From positions 42,222,001-42,286,000 of the forward strand of contig CAIIXF020000001.1 in NCBI GenBank assembly GCA_903813345.2: a DNA stretch of 64,000 nt, given 5' to 3'. Below, one piece after another: positions 40,169 to 54,299 of the stretch; position 1 is the stretch's first letter, and each line of letters starts with the position of its first letter. The notes under the pieces were generated by a model. It worked only from the letters and a program-made list of their open reading frames with translations. It did not search any database and had not been told where the DNA came from. The position numbers and the translations under genes were made by a program. The DNA is from Owenia fusiformis (taxonomy: Eukaryota).

Positions 40169-41159
40169 CAGGGTGTCTCAAAGAAATGTACCCAAAACTA
40201 TATCAATAGCACAGATAAACCAATCAATATTTTCAGACATTTTTGCATGGTCGTGTAGCCAAAACATGAAAGTTTTCTTCCCAATACACCATTTTTATTA
40301 CAGTCTTGTCTTTTTGATGCCTTGACCCTTTACCTTTTACACCACATAATCGATGTAACCTCATATTTCTATTACAGCCTGTATCCTTACTGCTACATTG
40401 TTCATCACATTTGATAATAATTCCAGTGGAATGTTTTGGATTTCTCTTTGGATGTTGCCCTTAAGTTGTTCTAGATCTTTTTACTTGGAATGAGCATTAA
40501 AACACTCCTTCAAATAGCCACAGAGAAAGATGTCTGAGGATGACGATGGCAGAACAAACACAGATAATCAGGTCAATTATCGGCAAATGATTCAGAAGTT
40601 ACCTTCCAGAGTTAGGCAGGCTAGCCTGCAGACCAAATGATATCCAAATGAAAACACAGTGGTCTCAAATTGATACACACAACAAAGGCTACACTAGAAT
40701 CCCAATCAATGCAGTTTCTTTAACCTCTGACCTCTCTGTATAAGGGGGCTATAAGACATTGTGAAGGCCTCCCTATTCACCATATTTGACCGCCCATAGT
40801 TTTTTCTCTGAGGCTATTTGAAGGACCATTTTTATGCTAAACCCGAGCTAAGAGACCTAGAACAACTTAAGACCAGCATCCGAACAGAAATCAAAACATT
40901 CCACCAGAAATATCAAATGTGATGAACAATGTACTAGTAAGGATGCAGACTGTCATCGAAATATGAGGTTACATTGAATATGTGGTGTAAAAGGTAAAGG
41001 GTTAAAGTACCAAAAAGGCAAAACTGAATTAAAAACTGTGTATAGGGGAAAAAACTTTCATCTTTTATCTACAAGACCATGCAAAAAGTGTCTGAAAATA
41101 TTGATTGGTTTGTCTATGCTGTTGATATACTTTTGGGTACATTTTTTTGAGACACCCTA
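40169..41159. mobile_element. Tc1/mariner (maT/rosa-type) foldback derivative carrying two inverted transposase C-termini
   Basis: TIR CAGGGTGTCTCAAAGAAATGTACCCAAAA. The remnant SPYLTAHSFFL*GYLKDHFYAKPELRDLEQLKTSIRTEI is on +, with a paralogous copy on -. Confidence 0.85.
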
Positions 41160-43522
41160 TATATATGCAAACACTCTATATGTGGATGCCTTACAAATAA
41201 CAACAGATCACTCTGCAACCTATCGTCAAATATCTAGTTAAAAGTACATGTGCATCTTTCCTTACACAAGCAAGACACTACCTTGAATAGCAATGATGCA
41301 GTTTTCAATCTTACTACACTTATTCTCTGGGCCTACATATATCTGCTACATGTACTAACTGACCTTACAAAATCATAACAATCTGGTATGCCATCTATCT
41401 TCAACTATGTTCAAATCAGGCTCAAAAGTAACAATGCCTGTTCCACTTCAAATCCTATCATAACCCATATATTTCACAGGTAATTAAATTGAGATGCTAT
41501 ACAGATCCTAAAATAATGCTCAAAAAGTGGTGAATACATGTCACAGAAACAGAAATTGAAGTGGCAGATTGAACTTTAATATCTATCTAGCGAGAAAATC
41601 ACATGTTAAACTTAAGCTGCTGAAACTGAAAATATCCTTCACATCAAAGTAATCTTACCCTAATAAAATATCATTGCTAGCTTCATGCAAATGTGTATCC
41701 TAAAATAACTATCCTAACTGGACTTTTAGTCCACCATTTTAGCCAATCTAACCGCACAATTAAAATTCAATCTAATCCTCCATCTTGTTAATCATAGCCT
41801 CTGCTGACCAACCCATAAATTCCAATATTCTATTGGCTACTAACAGACAATGACCTTGACCTTAGAGCTGCAGGGCCTTCAAACTATTCTGCAAGGAGTT
41901 CTTGCCACCAAATTCAAAAGTTGGAAAAGTTCAATTGAACTTTATAAATCTTACAAAATAAACTAAAATGCAATTAATGACCCTACAAAATATTTGTAAT
42001 AATAGAAAGTGACCATAAATAATAAAAGTAACAACGAGGGTTGTTACATAAGCAACCATATATACTAGTAGTAAGGCCAGACGTGTAAAACTGACTAGAA
42101 TTAAATATAATTAAATACAATCAGTGTTTTTGGTATAACATGTATAAGGGAGGGGTTGTAGTAAATATATAGGAAACTCCAATAAGCCAGTGGAAGCCAG
42201 AAAGTGGAAGCCAAAAAGCAGGCTTTGAGCTTTAAAGGGGCAATAAGGACTGTAGAGAAAATAGGAAAGTTTTTCTGAGCTATCAAGGCAACATTTGGTT
42301 TAACATCTTCTTTGACATACCTTTTTCTTATAATGTATGGATAAATTATCAATTTCAGCATTAATAAGTGTAAATTCAGTTCAAAGCTTCAAAAAGGGGA
42401 CTTCCACTTATATATTTTTTAAGATCCACCATGTTTCAAGAGGAATATCAGCTAAAATAATGTTTATCTAGGGGGTTTCTTTGTAGATAATAAAAATACA
42501 TGTTAGTCTTGATGAAATATCCAAACTTAATTATATTTTGACACTGGTCCATGATCGTTGAATGACCCCTCTGCACTAATTATTGCACCTTTAAAGAGGC
42601 TTTTATGGGCCTGTCGGGACCCAGTGACCCCTGCTCTTATTGAAGTTTCTCCAACCAAACTGGCGGTGAAAAATCACATAAACAGGTCATGGGACTTAAA
42701 TTTGGGAGCGGGAGATAAAGCCCAATTACAGCAAATTGTCTGAGAGGGAGCTTTATTGTCTAAGCGGGGGTTATTGCCTGTATGGATTAAGACTGAATCA
42801 GTTCAACGTTCCAGCTGATCAAAAAGACAATAGAAACTTTATATAATCCAAATCAACAGTCCTTTGGCAATAAATCCCCTAAACAGTTTTAATTGAGTGT
42901 TTATACATATTATACACGCTAACTGAGTTAAAAAAATAAAAGAAACTGCAGTGGTTAATTAAAGTCAAAAACCTGTCAAAATTACAATAAAATCAATTCA
43001 ATTACCTTCCCCAACTTGTTCACTAGCCTTGCCCAAGTCGGTATTTTTTTTACTTATCTGATCTTGAATTATTACCGCCTTGTGCAATCTAATACATCTC
43101 CGCTGTTATTATGCTGAAATATTCAACGGTTTCGAGATTTCCATAATACCAACGCTATCGGGGGTATCGCGAAACCTTATTGATTGACAGATATCGCGTG
43201 GACATGACGTGTGACTTCAGGCTGAATGACCAATCAAAATGTTTTCAGGTTGAGATTCATAAACAAAACAAACTTCCCATCTACGACTTGAAATTCAATG
43301 ATCTGATTGAGTGTTTCGTTATATTTATCTGATAAAATATTGGTATTTTCATAATGAATTTGTGAATTCGTGCAAGATTTGTTCGTGAAAAGTCCCGGTG
43401 AAAAGTGTACTTGTTTTTGACCGTGCATAATAATGAGCTAACGCTTCAGGGCCGTCGTTGATTGGTCAAATTTTACCGACATGAACAAACTGTCGGTAAA
43501 ACACGTGGCTTTCTCTTTGGTA

Positions 43523-44428
43523 CAGGGTGTTCAAAAAAGACGCAACCCAAACAAATCACTATATCTTGAAAAATACTTGTTCAATTATGTTCAATTTTTC
43601 AGGAAAAAAAGAAGAGACTGTGTATGTATAGCTCATGTAGATGGTTAGTTGTAAAACATGATGCCTTGGACACCTGCTTAAGAGAAAGTTGTACTGGGAA
43701 AATTCAGTCAGGGGTGACTGCAACCGCAAAAAAACTAAATAACTTCCCAACCATAGTGTTTTGGCTCTTCAAATTTGGCACAAATCATCTTCATTCACTG
43801 TATGGTAAATCTGTGAAGTGAAATCAAAATCACATAAGGGACTTTACAGTTATGGTCGAAATGCTTTCAAATCACAGTCAAACGCCCTGGTTCAGGCAGA
43901 CTTCAGGAGGCATTTTGACCATGACCGTAAAGTCTCTGATGTGATTTTAATGAAACTCCACAAATTCATCACACATTGAATAAGAATAATTTGTGCCAAA
44001 TCTGAAGTGCCAAAACACTATGATTAGAAAGTTGTTTGGTTTTATTGCTGTTGCAGTCCCCTCTGACTGCGTTTTTCGCATTTTCCTAGTACAACTGTCT
44101 TTTGGGCAGGTGTCCAAGGCATCATGTTTCACAACTTACTAACAACAGGAGCTATACATACACAGTATCTTCTTTCTTTTCCTGAAAAAATGAACATAAT
44201 TGAATAAGTATTTTCCAAGATATAGTGATTTTCCATTCGGGTTTTTCGTATTTTCCCTGTACAACCGCCTTTTGAGCAGGTGTCCAAGGCATCATGTTTT
44301 ACAACTAATTAACAACAGGAGCTATACATACACAGTCTCTTCTTTCCTTCCTGAAAATATGAACATAATTGAACAAGTATTTTCAAGATATAGCAATTTA
44401 TTTGGGTTGCGTTTTTTTGAACACCCTG
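43523..44428. mobile_element. Tc1/mariner-type foldback MITE
   Basis: TA|CAGGGTGTTCAAAAAA ... TTTTTTGAACACCCTG|TA; right arm partly duplicated. Confidence 0.9.
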
Positions 44429-44526
44429 TACAAGCCGGTCATAATAGAAATCAAGATAAGTAAAAGAGACCGACTCGGGCAAGGCTACTTGTTCACCTAA
44501 GTTGGTATATCTGTGTGTATTACCAC

Positions 44527-45507
44527 GGGGTACCATCGAATAATTTTGGCAACGTAACGGAGAACGACATTTTACTAAGAAATGGCAATAATTTAGCACA
44601 ATATATTTTTTAACTAGAGTTCTATTTTGATTTTGACAAAAGTAAGTATTCCATGCAATGGCTATTTCATTCATGAGTTTGTAGGAATTCTGTTGGAACC
44701 CAGTTCTGATCAAGTACAAAGTTATTGAAATCGGCGCAGTCGGACTTTACTTCGAAAGATGGTTTTTCGATTATAACTTTTTACAACATTTAAGTATAGA
44801 CTTTTGAAAAAAGTACAGAATAGTCCTTATACTATTGAATAATTCTGTTATTTCTGATTCACACGACTCTGATTTGTTTAATTTAAAAAAAAGTTTTAAA
44901 AAGATTACTTAGGAACGTAACCGGAGCTGGGAACGTAACCGGAGCAGATCAGTTGAATTATATAATTTAAAAAAATAAAATATATGATTTAAAGCATATA
45001 TATTAATAAATACGCATTCGAACAATCCCGTATGTTTTTAAATTAGTATATGTGCTTTAAATCATATATTTAAATTTTTTGATTAAGTAATTCATTCAAC
45101 TGATCTGCTCCGGTTACGTTCCTAAGTAATATTTTTCAAACTTTTTTTTTAATTAAACAAATCAGAGTCGTGTGAATCAGAAATAACAGAATTATTCAAA
45201 AGTATAAGGACTATTCTGTACTTTTTTCAAAAGTCTATACTTAAATGTTGTGAAAAGTTATAATCGAAAAACCATCTTTCGGAGTAAAGTCCGTCTGCGC
45301 CGATTTCAATAACTTCGTACTTGATCAGAACTGGGTTCCAACAGAATTCCTACAAACTCATGAATGAAATAGTTATTGCATGGAATACTTACTTTTGTCA
45401 AAATCAAAATAGAACTCTAGTTAAAAAATATATTGTGCTAAATTATTGCCATTTCTTAGTAAAATGTCGTTCTCCGGTACGTTGCCAAAATTATTCGATT
45501 GTACCCC
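44527..45507. mobile_element. Near-perfect ~980-bp foldback MITE with GGGGTA termini
   Basis: Arms are reverse-complementary over more than 400 bp; no clear TSD. Confidence 0.85.
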
Positions 45508-45513
45508 TTGATT

Positions 45514-46468
45514 ACATACCCAGCGAAGCATTTGTATTGAAGTCAATGGAGCTGAGGGTTGGCTATATATTCCTGTATAGCCGCCAAACCTTTTACCATG
45601 ACAATCTTATGACGTCATCGGGACGTCATGTTTCATTTCTTCCTACTTTCACTCGCACACAGCACCCTTGGTATACGCAGCTAACGAAAATTGACCGGTA
45701 CGGGTCAAAAGCTGGACCGGTACGGGTTAAGGGTTTTATTTGAATTTAAAATAGCCATAACTTGCTCAATATTGACTTCCTCGTGTCTAATTTGAAATAT
45801 ATGATGCCTCCCGATGCTTTTAAGTACCCCAATTTTTTACAGATTTTTAAACGGACCAAAACTCTCTAAATGCGCATTTATGCTCTTTTCTCTCGAGAAC
45901 GACTGTCTCATTTTCACGATAACTTTTGTTTAGTACTTCTAACATATAAGATCTATTTTTCCCCATCAAGGTATGATGAAAATGACATGCTATTTACATC
46001 TTGTGAGTTTCAATGACGTGCGTTTGATTTTATAAAAAATGCCAAACTTTGTGACAAAGAATTTCATCCTGCTTGCAGAGAGAAGACGGACCGGTTCGGG
46101 GCAATCTGCTTGCAGCGAGAAGACGGACCGGTTCGGGGCAATAGCTGATGAAATTCTTTGTCACAAAGTTTGGCATTTTTTATAAAATCAAACGCGCGTC
46201 ATTGAAACTCACAAGATGTAAATAGCGTTAACCCGTACCGGTCCAGCTTTTGACCCGTACCGGTCAATTTTCGTTAGCTGCGTATACCAAGGGTGCACAG
46301 ACACGTGGCGTCATTGATATAGCCATGATATAAAAGTATGTAATACAACAGTTATGTCCGTATCATTGAATATATGCCTTCGGTCTGTCGTAATATAACC
46401 CTCGCAATCTCGGGCTATATTGGTGACAGACCTTAGGCATATATTCAATGATAGGGACATAACTGCTA
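45514..46468 (+). mobile_element. Hairpin-terminated element, copy 1 (interrupted)
   Basis: Inverted paralogue at 47379-48471; terminal hairpin cagttatgtcc...ggacataactg. Confidence 0.7.
45663..46295. mobile_element. Non-autonomous Transib-like element 2
   Basis: Perfect ~66-bp TIRs starting CACCCTTGGTATACGCAGCT; 5-bp TSD CACAG; the empty site is visible in the paralogue at ~48318-48333. Confidence 0.85.
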
Positions 46469-47378
46469 ATTATATAAATATCCAGTTTTGAGTTGCATTT
46501 CTGAATGTTTTTTCGGCCCCTGAAATCGAAAAGCGGGCCTAAAAGTGGGCCTAAAATGAAAAAAATAAGGCCTTAGAAGGCCCAATAATGACCAAAAGGC
46601 CGCCATAGACGTCCGGCCTGTTTCAATGCAATAGAGAGAGTCCCAGACAAGACAGAATTACTGAACTAAAAACAGCTGATCTCAACAAGTCTTGGATAAA
46701 GTAAACAAACCCAGTGAAGTTTGGCTATCCCTTGAATGAAAGTTTACAGCGCAATTGTTAACATGAAACTGACCAGTTTTATAACATATACGCTGTCATT
46801 ACACAATTATGGCATAATATATATAAATATAATTAATTATAGTAACATGAGAAAATCAAGTTAGGACCCAATTCAATAGATCTTGAATGAATGACATTGG
46901 CACTCTCAATTTTAGTCCAGGGCAGCTGACTGTCTATATCAACAACCCTTTTGCAAAATCTTAAAGAGTTCTACATATATTAAATACAACACTAAATTAG
47001 AGTAACTACAAAAAGTAGGTAAGTGCAAAAGTGAAACAAAGTGACAATCCTTCAAGGCAATCCCATTACCATGCTCAAAGTAACCTGAATGATCGCCACA
47101 GAAGTTCCATCAGAAATTCACCATGAGTGACATTCGAGCAAAGCGTTACCTTTTGGTATGTATTCGCCATCAGCGATGTCAATAATGATCAGCAATGTCA
47201 ACATATGTCTAGTTCTACGATCTGCTGGATCTATTTTGACAGTTTTGCTTAAATAGCAAGATATTTTAACAAAATGACAGTTTCTACACTGAATAAAAAA
47301 CATTTTCCCGGGAATATTTAAATCGCGAGATACGCAGCGAGAAATATACATATTTATCCCATACTTTCCCGTGTTACT

Positions 47379-48471
47379 TAGCAGTTATGTCCCTATCATT
47401 GAATATATGCCTAAAGTCTGTCACCAATATAGCCCGAGCTTGCGAGGGTTATATTACGACAGACCGAAGGCATATATTCAATGATACGAACATAACTGTT
47501 GTATTACATATACTTTTATATTATGGCTACGTTCAGTCGAAATGTTGAGACATGCGCAGAGCTCTATTTAGTGATATTTTCATTTCAAATATGGCGGCCA
47601 ATTCGATGTCTGACACCCTTACAAAGAATCTAGGCAGAGTGCATTTTTACCTCCTGTGAAGTAACAAGTGGAATTTAGTAGTTGTTTTGTGTTTTATTAT
47701 CATTCTGCATCGTAATTCTATGTGATGTGGTGTTAAAATGTCAGCAGAAATACATATCCATACGATAATCGAGTGAATCAGATAACAGATTTTTCGAAAA
47801 CCCGTCTCGTGCTAAGAGTGTAAAAACTTGTATTAACATGCTCAAAAGTGCCAATGAGCACATCAATGTCAAGCTAAATCAATGTTGTGTCTAAAACAGG
47901 TACCTGATCTACTCAAAACAGCTGGTCATTCACGTATACACGCTTAGCAAACACGGCGAAATGATCTGAATCTTGGAATTTCGTTCGAGAGCTAGTAATG
48001 TTTGCTCCGGTCTCCGTCATAAGTGTTCAGCAGACTTCACGAATGCTCAGGAGAAAATCATCAACCAATAACGTTTAAAAATCAATTTTGCGCATGCGCC
48101 TTACAACGGTAAAGAAATTCGTATTTATAAACGAACCAATTTGAGATAACCCGATATCAGTCGGAGAAATCTGACGATCTACGAATGAGGTAAGGCTCTA
48201 GTTCGAAAGACAATCGTATCAACTTGAACAAAAGTTGAGATTTGACGAAAATTTTTAACATGCGCAGAAGTCCCATTTTCGTTGTACCATATTGACTGCG
48301 TTTTATCAATGACGCCACGTGTCTGTGTGCGAGTGAAAGTAGAAAGAAATGAAACATGACGTCCCGATGACGTCATAAGATTGTCATGGTAAAAGGTTTG
48401 GCGGCTATACAGGAATATATAGCCGACCTTCAGTTCCATTGACTTCAATACAAATGCTTCGCTGGGTATGT
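47379..48471 (-). mobile_element. Hairpin-terminated element, copy 2 (longer)
   Basis: Both ends match 45514-46468 in inverted orientation. Confidence 0.7.
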
Positions 48472-50759
48472 TATACAGGTACATTAAACCAGTTTGTAAA
48501 AACTTATATTTTCATCAGCGGGCAGATATAGCTTTACGTCCCGCTCCGAGCGGGCAGATATAGTATATCTGCCACTTGGTAAAAAAGTAAAAATAATATA
48601 GAATAAAATGTTTAATATACTGCTAAATAAGTTGCATTAAGAGAGAATCGTAGAGAATATTTTTTCCTGTATAATAGGCAGTTATTTCTTTTATTATAAC
48701 GGAAAAAAATATAATACGTATTTTTAAGAATTATTTTTGATTTAATAATATTATTCGTGTATTATTTAAAGGGAACAACATATAATGCCAAATAATATAG
48801 AATAATATTCCTGTCAGGAGCAAATAATATGTTGGCATTTGCAATCAAAAACCTATTATACACGGTTATTTTCGAGCCGTTAATCCCTAATTATTCAATT
48901 CCTATGAAATGAGTTTCATTCATATTGATAATTAATCTGTTTGTTAGGGTTAATGGATTAATCTCTACAGCTGATGGCTCTTAATTCCACAAAAAATAAT
49001 TTGCAAAATAAGTTTTTACATACATATTTGATTGTATAATGTCCCTCATGCTATGATTAACATTGTGTTAAATTTTTGATTCAATCAATTTATTCATTGT
49101 AAAGTTAATTTTTGAATTTTTAATTAATTTGTTTTCCTCACATTTTTAATCCATTGTTTCTCTGTCACAACATCAAGTTTATAGCAAACAACATTTAAAT
49201 CCATCCCCTCTTACACAGGTACAAACAACCACCTGTATTCACTTTGCCAACCGGAAAAACAGTCATGACAGGGAACTGCTCAATATTCAATAAACACATT
49301 ACGCATTTTATACAGACCCGTAGCTGAGGACCCCCTCCCCGTGGCCAACAGTTCTGTCAAAATCATGTAGTTTTTCACCATTCACATACATGTATTGACA
49401 TTCCAGAGCAATATAATAAGTCAAACTTTAATCCCTAATTATTCAATTTCCATGATTAGAGTTTTGTTCACACTGATAAATAATCTGTTTGTTTGAGTTA
49501 GTGGATTAATTTCCACAGCCAATGGTTCTAATTTCAACTGAAAAATAAATTGCAAATTAAGTTTTTCATATTTATTTGATTGTAATATCCCTTATGTTAT
49601 GATTAACATTGTGTTAAAATTTGGATTTAATTGATTGACTCAACCACTGTTCCACAACTGGATGACTCTAACTGCAGTTAGCTTCATTCAAGATGGTGGA
49701 CAAAATTCGTTCGTTTTCGATAAATCTCCAATTACAGCCAAACCAAGCTGAATCTTGATCCCAAAAGTTTCGCCATGCAAACTAATAAAGATATGATTGT
49801 AAACAACCACAAATAAAGGCTCACGCACCCGCGATATTAGAGAAATTGAAAGAAAACGGCTTCACTTAGAATGACTCTAACTGAAGTTAGTGATGACGTA
49901 GGAATGAAGCTAACTGAAACGGGGAATGCAGCTAACTCAATGGGATGAATATATGGACGGCCCTGTCTGTTGTTATAAGATATCTAAATGTTATTGACTG
50001 TTGTTATTGGTTGTAGCCATTTGTATTTTGACATGGAGTGAGTTTCTATTCAATCCCATGGCCGGTGATCGTAGAAATTGTCAATGTTTTGCTAGTCAAG
50101 CAAGAATGGTCTACACGACCTGTAATTAAAAAACGCCACCAAGGAACATTGCAGTATTCTTATTTTAGGTTTACTGAAGACAGATACAGAGACCAGACTC
50201 CACCGGATAGGAAAGCGTTAAAGGATGACATAATTTTGTATTTCAGGATCCATCTCAATGCCATAATCCACGGCGCCAAACTGTGTTTGTTTATCAACCA
50301 AAACACCACCAAACCCATATCAAACCTATAAAACTATACATCAAAATGTAGCCACAAACCCCCGCTACAAAATGAAACAATTTACAATGTTACCTGACAA
50401 GGAACATTGTCAACAGAATCAATTATTGCACGAAATCACAGTTCGAAGACACCAAAAATGGAACATTATCGTCGAATTCGTGTTCTTACCAACAACCTCC
50501 AACACTAAAACACGAGCGAAATGTTCTACAAAGCCTAACTAATAAGATGTAACAAATTTCATCTGAATTGACGCACCACAACGGAAACTATAAAAGATAC
50601 AAAACAGACAAGAAACACAAATTTCCGAGCAAATCGTTCACTTTACAGGCATTTCCAAAAACCGGAAGCTTGTTCTCTAACGTCCGCGCAATATTATATA
50701 AAGAGAAGCGGCGAACTAAACTGCCGCATACTGAGACAAGAACAACAAGAAACTACCTC

Positions 50760-53700
50760 TAGTAGATGGGTTAACTACATTTGGACTTCATTGTATGATG
50801 CAAATGTCCCCTTTGGCATGGAAGTACCTTAGGGCAATAGAAATAAATTTATCCAAAGACACAAGCTAGATGGCGCTTTATATTGGAAATATACACATTT
50901 TTCAAAATGGCCGCCAAAAATTCATCAGAGACAATATCTTTGATTCTGTACATGCTACAATTAAAAGATTGGTGTCAAAAAATACAGCGATGTAGTCATA
51001 GAATCTATTTTATTAGATCTTGAGCCTTGAAAATTAAGAACTTCCACTTTATATTCAAAATATAGGCGTTTTTTCAAAATGACTGCCAGAAATATAACAA
51101 AGAAGATATCTTGACTTACGAATACTTACAAATTAAGATATCTTACCTTACAAAATGTCCCCTTTGGCATGGACATACCTTAGGGCAAAAGAAACAAATT
51201 TATCCAAAGACACAAGGTAGATGGCGCTTTATATTGGAAATATACACATTTTTCAAAATGGCCGCCAAAAATACATCAGAGACAAAAGTTTTGCTTCTGT
51301 GCATGCTACAATTATAAGAGTGGTGTCAAAAAACACATTAATGTAGTTGTAGAATCTATTTAATTAGGTTTCAAGTCTTGTAAATTCAGCACTTGCACTT
51401 TATATTTATATTCAAAATATATGCATTTTTCAAAATGGATGCCAGAAATAAAACAAAGAAGATATCTTCGCTTCTAAGCATCCTACAATAATAAGAGTGG
51501 TGTCAGAGTATACATAATATTGGGTTGTAGAATCCATTTAAATAGGTCTTTCATAATAAGAATTTTCACTTTAAAGGAAATTATGCGCTTTTAAAAATGG
51601 CCACCAGAAATATAACAATGATACGATTGGTGTCAACATTTTATATTTATGGGGTAGGAGAATCAATTTTTTATGAAGTCTGGTGAGATTATAGTTTTCA
51701 CTTTATATTAGAAATATATGCAGCTGAAAATATAACAAAGCTTGTATCTTTGCTAACAAAGATTGTACCTTTGCTAACAAAGATTGTATCTTTGCTAACA
51801 AAAATTGTATCTTTGCTAAAAGTCTCTTTACTTCTGGGCATAATATTTCATAAAATTGGCTTCAAAATCTACATTTTTGGGAATGTAAAATCTATTTAAT
51901 TACGCAGATGCAAGTAGGTAGTTATTATTTTCCCCACCATGTGGTTAATTCGGGTGAAATAACATTGCAGAGTATTACAAAGTTCCCTTAAACTTGAATA
52001 TTATTTGGTGGTTCACATTTCATATTATTAGTTTGTATCTGATAGTTGTACAAATTAAAATATCTCCAGTTAAAGAAAATATTATCTGCACAACACAAGA
52101 AAGGATATTTCACTTTTTGTGTTTTACAACATGGGGACTAATGGGAATCTCCCTGACCTAAATGTCACATTTTGAAGAAAATTTAATTTTAAAGTCGATG
52201 GACTCATTTCAAAACCACATTTCTTGATGTCTTTTTTTATGACGATTCCAAATTCAACATCAGTTAGACTGAATTTTGAATGACAAAAATAAAGATTGTT
52301 ACTACTCGCATCTAGCAAATTGGATTATGAGCCTTAAAAATAATCGCTTCCGGCTTAACACAGCAAATGTGTATTTATCTTTCAATCTTCATTTTACTCA
52401 AATTCACAAGAAAGACAACTTCCAATAATCATGCATCTGCAATGGGAGTGCAACTTTAGTTGTTGCAATGCAACATACATAACAGAGAAATGTGATAGAT
52501 AGAAACCACGCAGGACAGACATACATATGTACATATAGTTAGAAATGGCCAGAAACCTTCTGGCGAGAGAAAGTCTTGAAGATCGGGATAGATTTCAAGG
52601 GCTGCATATTATGACAGTAATGCAGAACCCTCTTCATGGACGATGTCTCTGTTTTCCGAGTCTTCCACTAATCCAACCAACAAACTATTAAGCTTGTTGA
52701 TTGGCAACCATTTTGAAAAAGACATGTATGTACACACACACAGCACTGAATATTGTCATATTGAGAAAAATATTCTTATTTTCTCATTTCAACATTTAAG
52801 AGATTAAGATTTTAAGATTTTAATCGGCAATATGTCTTTCACCATGAGTACTTCTACTATAAATACAGTGTTTATTATTAAAACAATGTGTTTTATTCCA
52901 AGTGAAGTCCCCATGATTGTAAAATATGAATACAACTTTCTGGAAAATTATGGATTATTATTATATTATTGGCACTTTTAAAATGTTAAGCTTATTTTGT
53001 AAAAAGATGATCTTGTTTTTCTCAATTAAAACATATCAAAAGTTGTCTCACTTTATATCAACAATTACTTAAAAGGGGACGGTATTTGAAATGCACTGAA
53101 GTTGAAAACCACATCCCCCATGCTATCCATTGTTTTCAGCATAGTTTCTGTCATCGCTAATTTATATTCAAAACTACACTTTCGAACTATTCTACTTTTG
53201 AATAAGTTTAAGAGCCTTTGTTAGATCTATTTTTTGTAATATTTTCCACAGCCATTAGAAAAAGGCATACATTTTCAATAAAAAGTGAAAATGTTTGTTA
53301 AGTAATAGACATACAGTACAATGTCAGAATTTCCGCTGATTTAAACATTTTGGTGACCATTAAGTCAATGCTAAAAATTATATTTAGACAATAAAAAATT
53401 GAGATCTAACTTAATATAATGTAACCATACCTTGACGACATATATAGTAAGTAATAGCTAATCAGCTCCTTCTCTGGGACATTTTGAATTTTCTGAGGCA
53501 TTAATCATAAAATTAACACCATCTTCAATTTAATTGAGTACACATGGCCAAACTTCGAAGGATTCTGACAATAATTGCAAAATCATACATAAGATAAACA
53601 ATGAACTGACAGACTGACGGACGGAGGGCTTCACTATATCCCCACTGAACTATATCCCCACTAAAGACTATAGACCTTATCAAATGAATTCTACCACCCA

Positions 53701-54107
53701 TTAATGTATACTTGGACATCAATCTTACTATTGTAGCATGCATACAAGTGAAGATATCATCTTTGTTACATCTTTGGCAGCCATTTTGAAAAAGGCATAA
53801 TTTTTTGATGTAGGAAATTCCTAATTTTCAAGACTCAAACCCATATTATATTGATTCTTCACCCACAAAATGTATATTTAGGCACCAATCGTATCATTAT
53901 AGTATGCATAGAAGAAAATATATTGTCTCCGTTGTATTTTTGGCGGCCATTTTGAAAAATTTGAATATTTCCAATATAAAGCGCCATCTGGCGTGTGTCT
54001 TTGGATAAATTTGATTCTATGGTCCTAAGGTACTCTCATGTCAAAGGAAACGTTTGCATCATAGATTGAAGTCCAGACCCCCTAAAATGCAGTTAACCCA
54101 TCTACTA
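50760..54107. mobile_element. Academ-like non-autonomous element
   Basis: TAGTAGATGGGTTAACT ... AGTTAACCCATCTACTA termini; 3-bp TSD CTC; long imperfect TIRs with ~170-bp subrepeats. Confidence 0.85.
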
Positions 54108-54299
54108 CTCTTCAAACCCAATGAACAACGCAAGGCTAACGCCCATCATACCAGGTGCACTTCTCACACCAGGGATCTCACTATGTATGAATAGGTACCA
54201 AACCTATCGCATATACTAATAATGTACACAAATACATTAAACTATTGACTCTACTAAGAATTAACGAATATACCTACACTATAATACCCCAAACCACTA

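Noticed and set aside
44309..45743. Pair of similar 136/140-aa ORFs on opposite strands
   Set aside because: They are mirror images from the arms of a foldback MITE and run across element boundaries.
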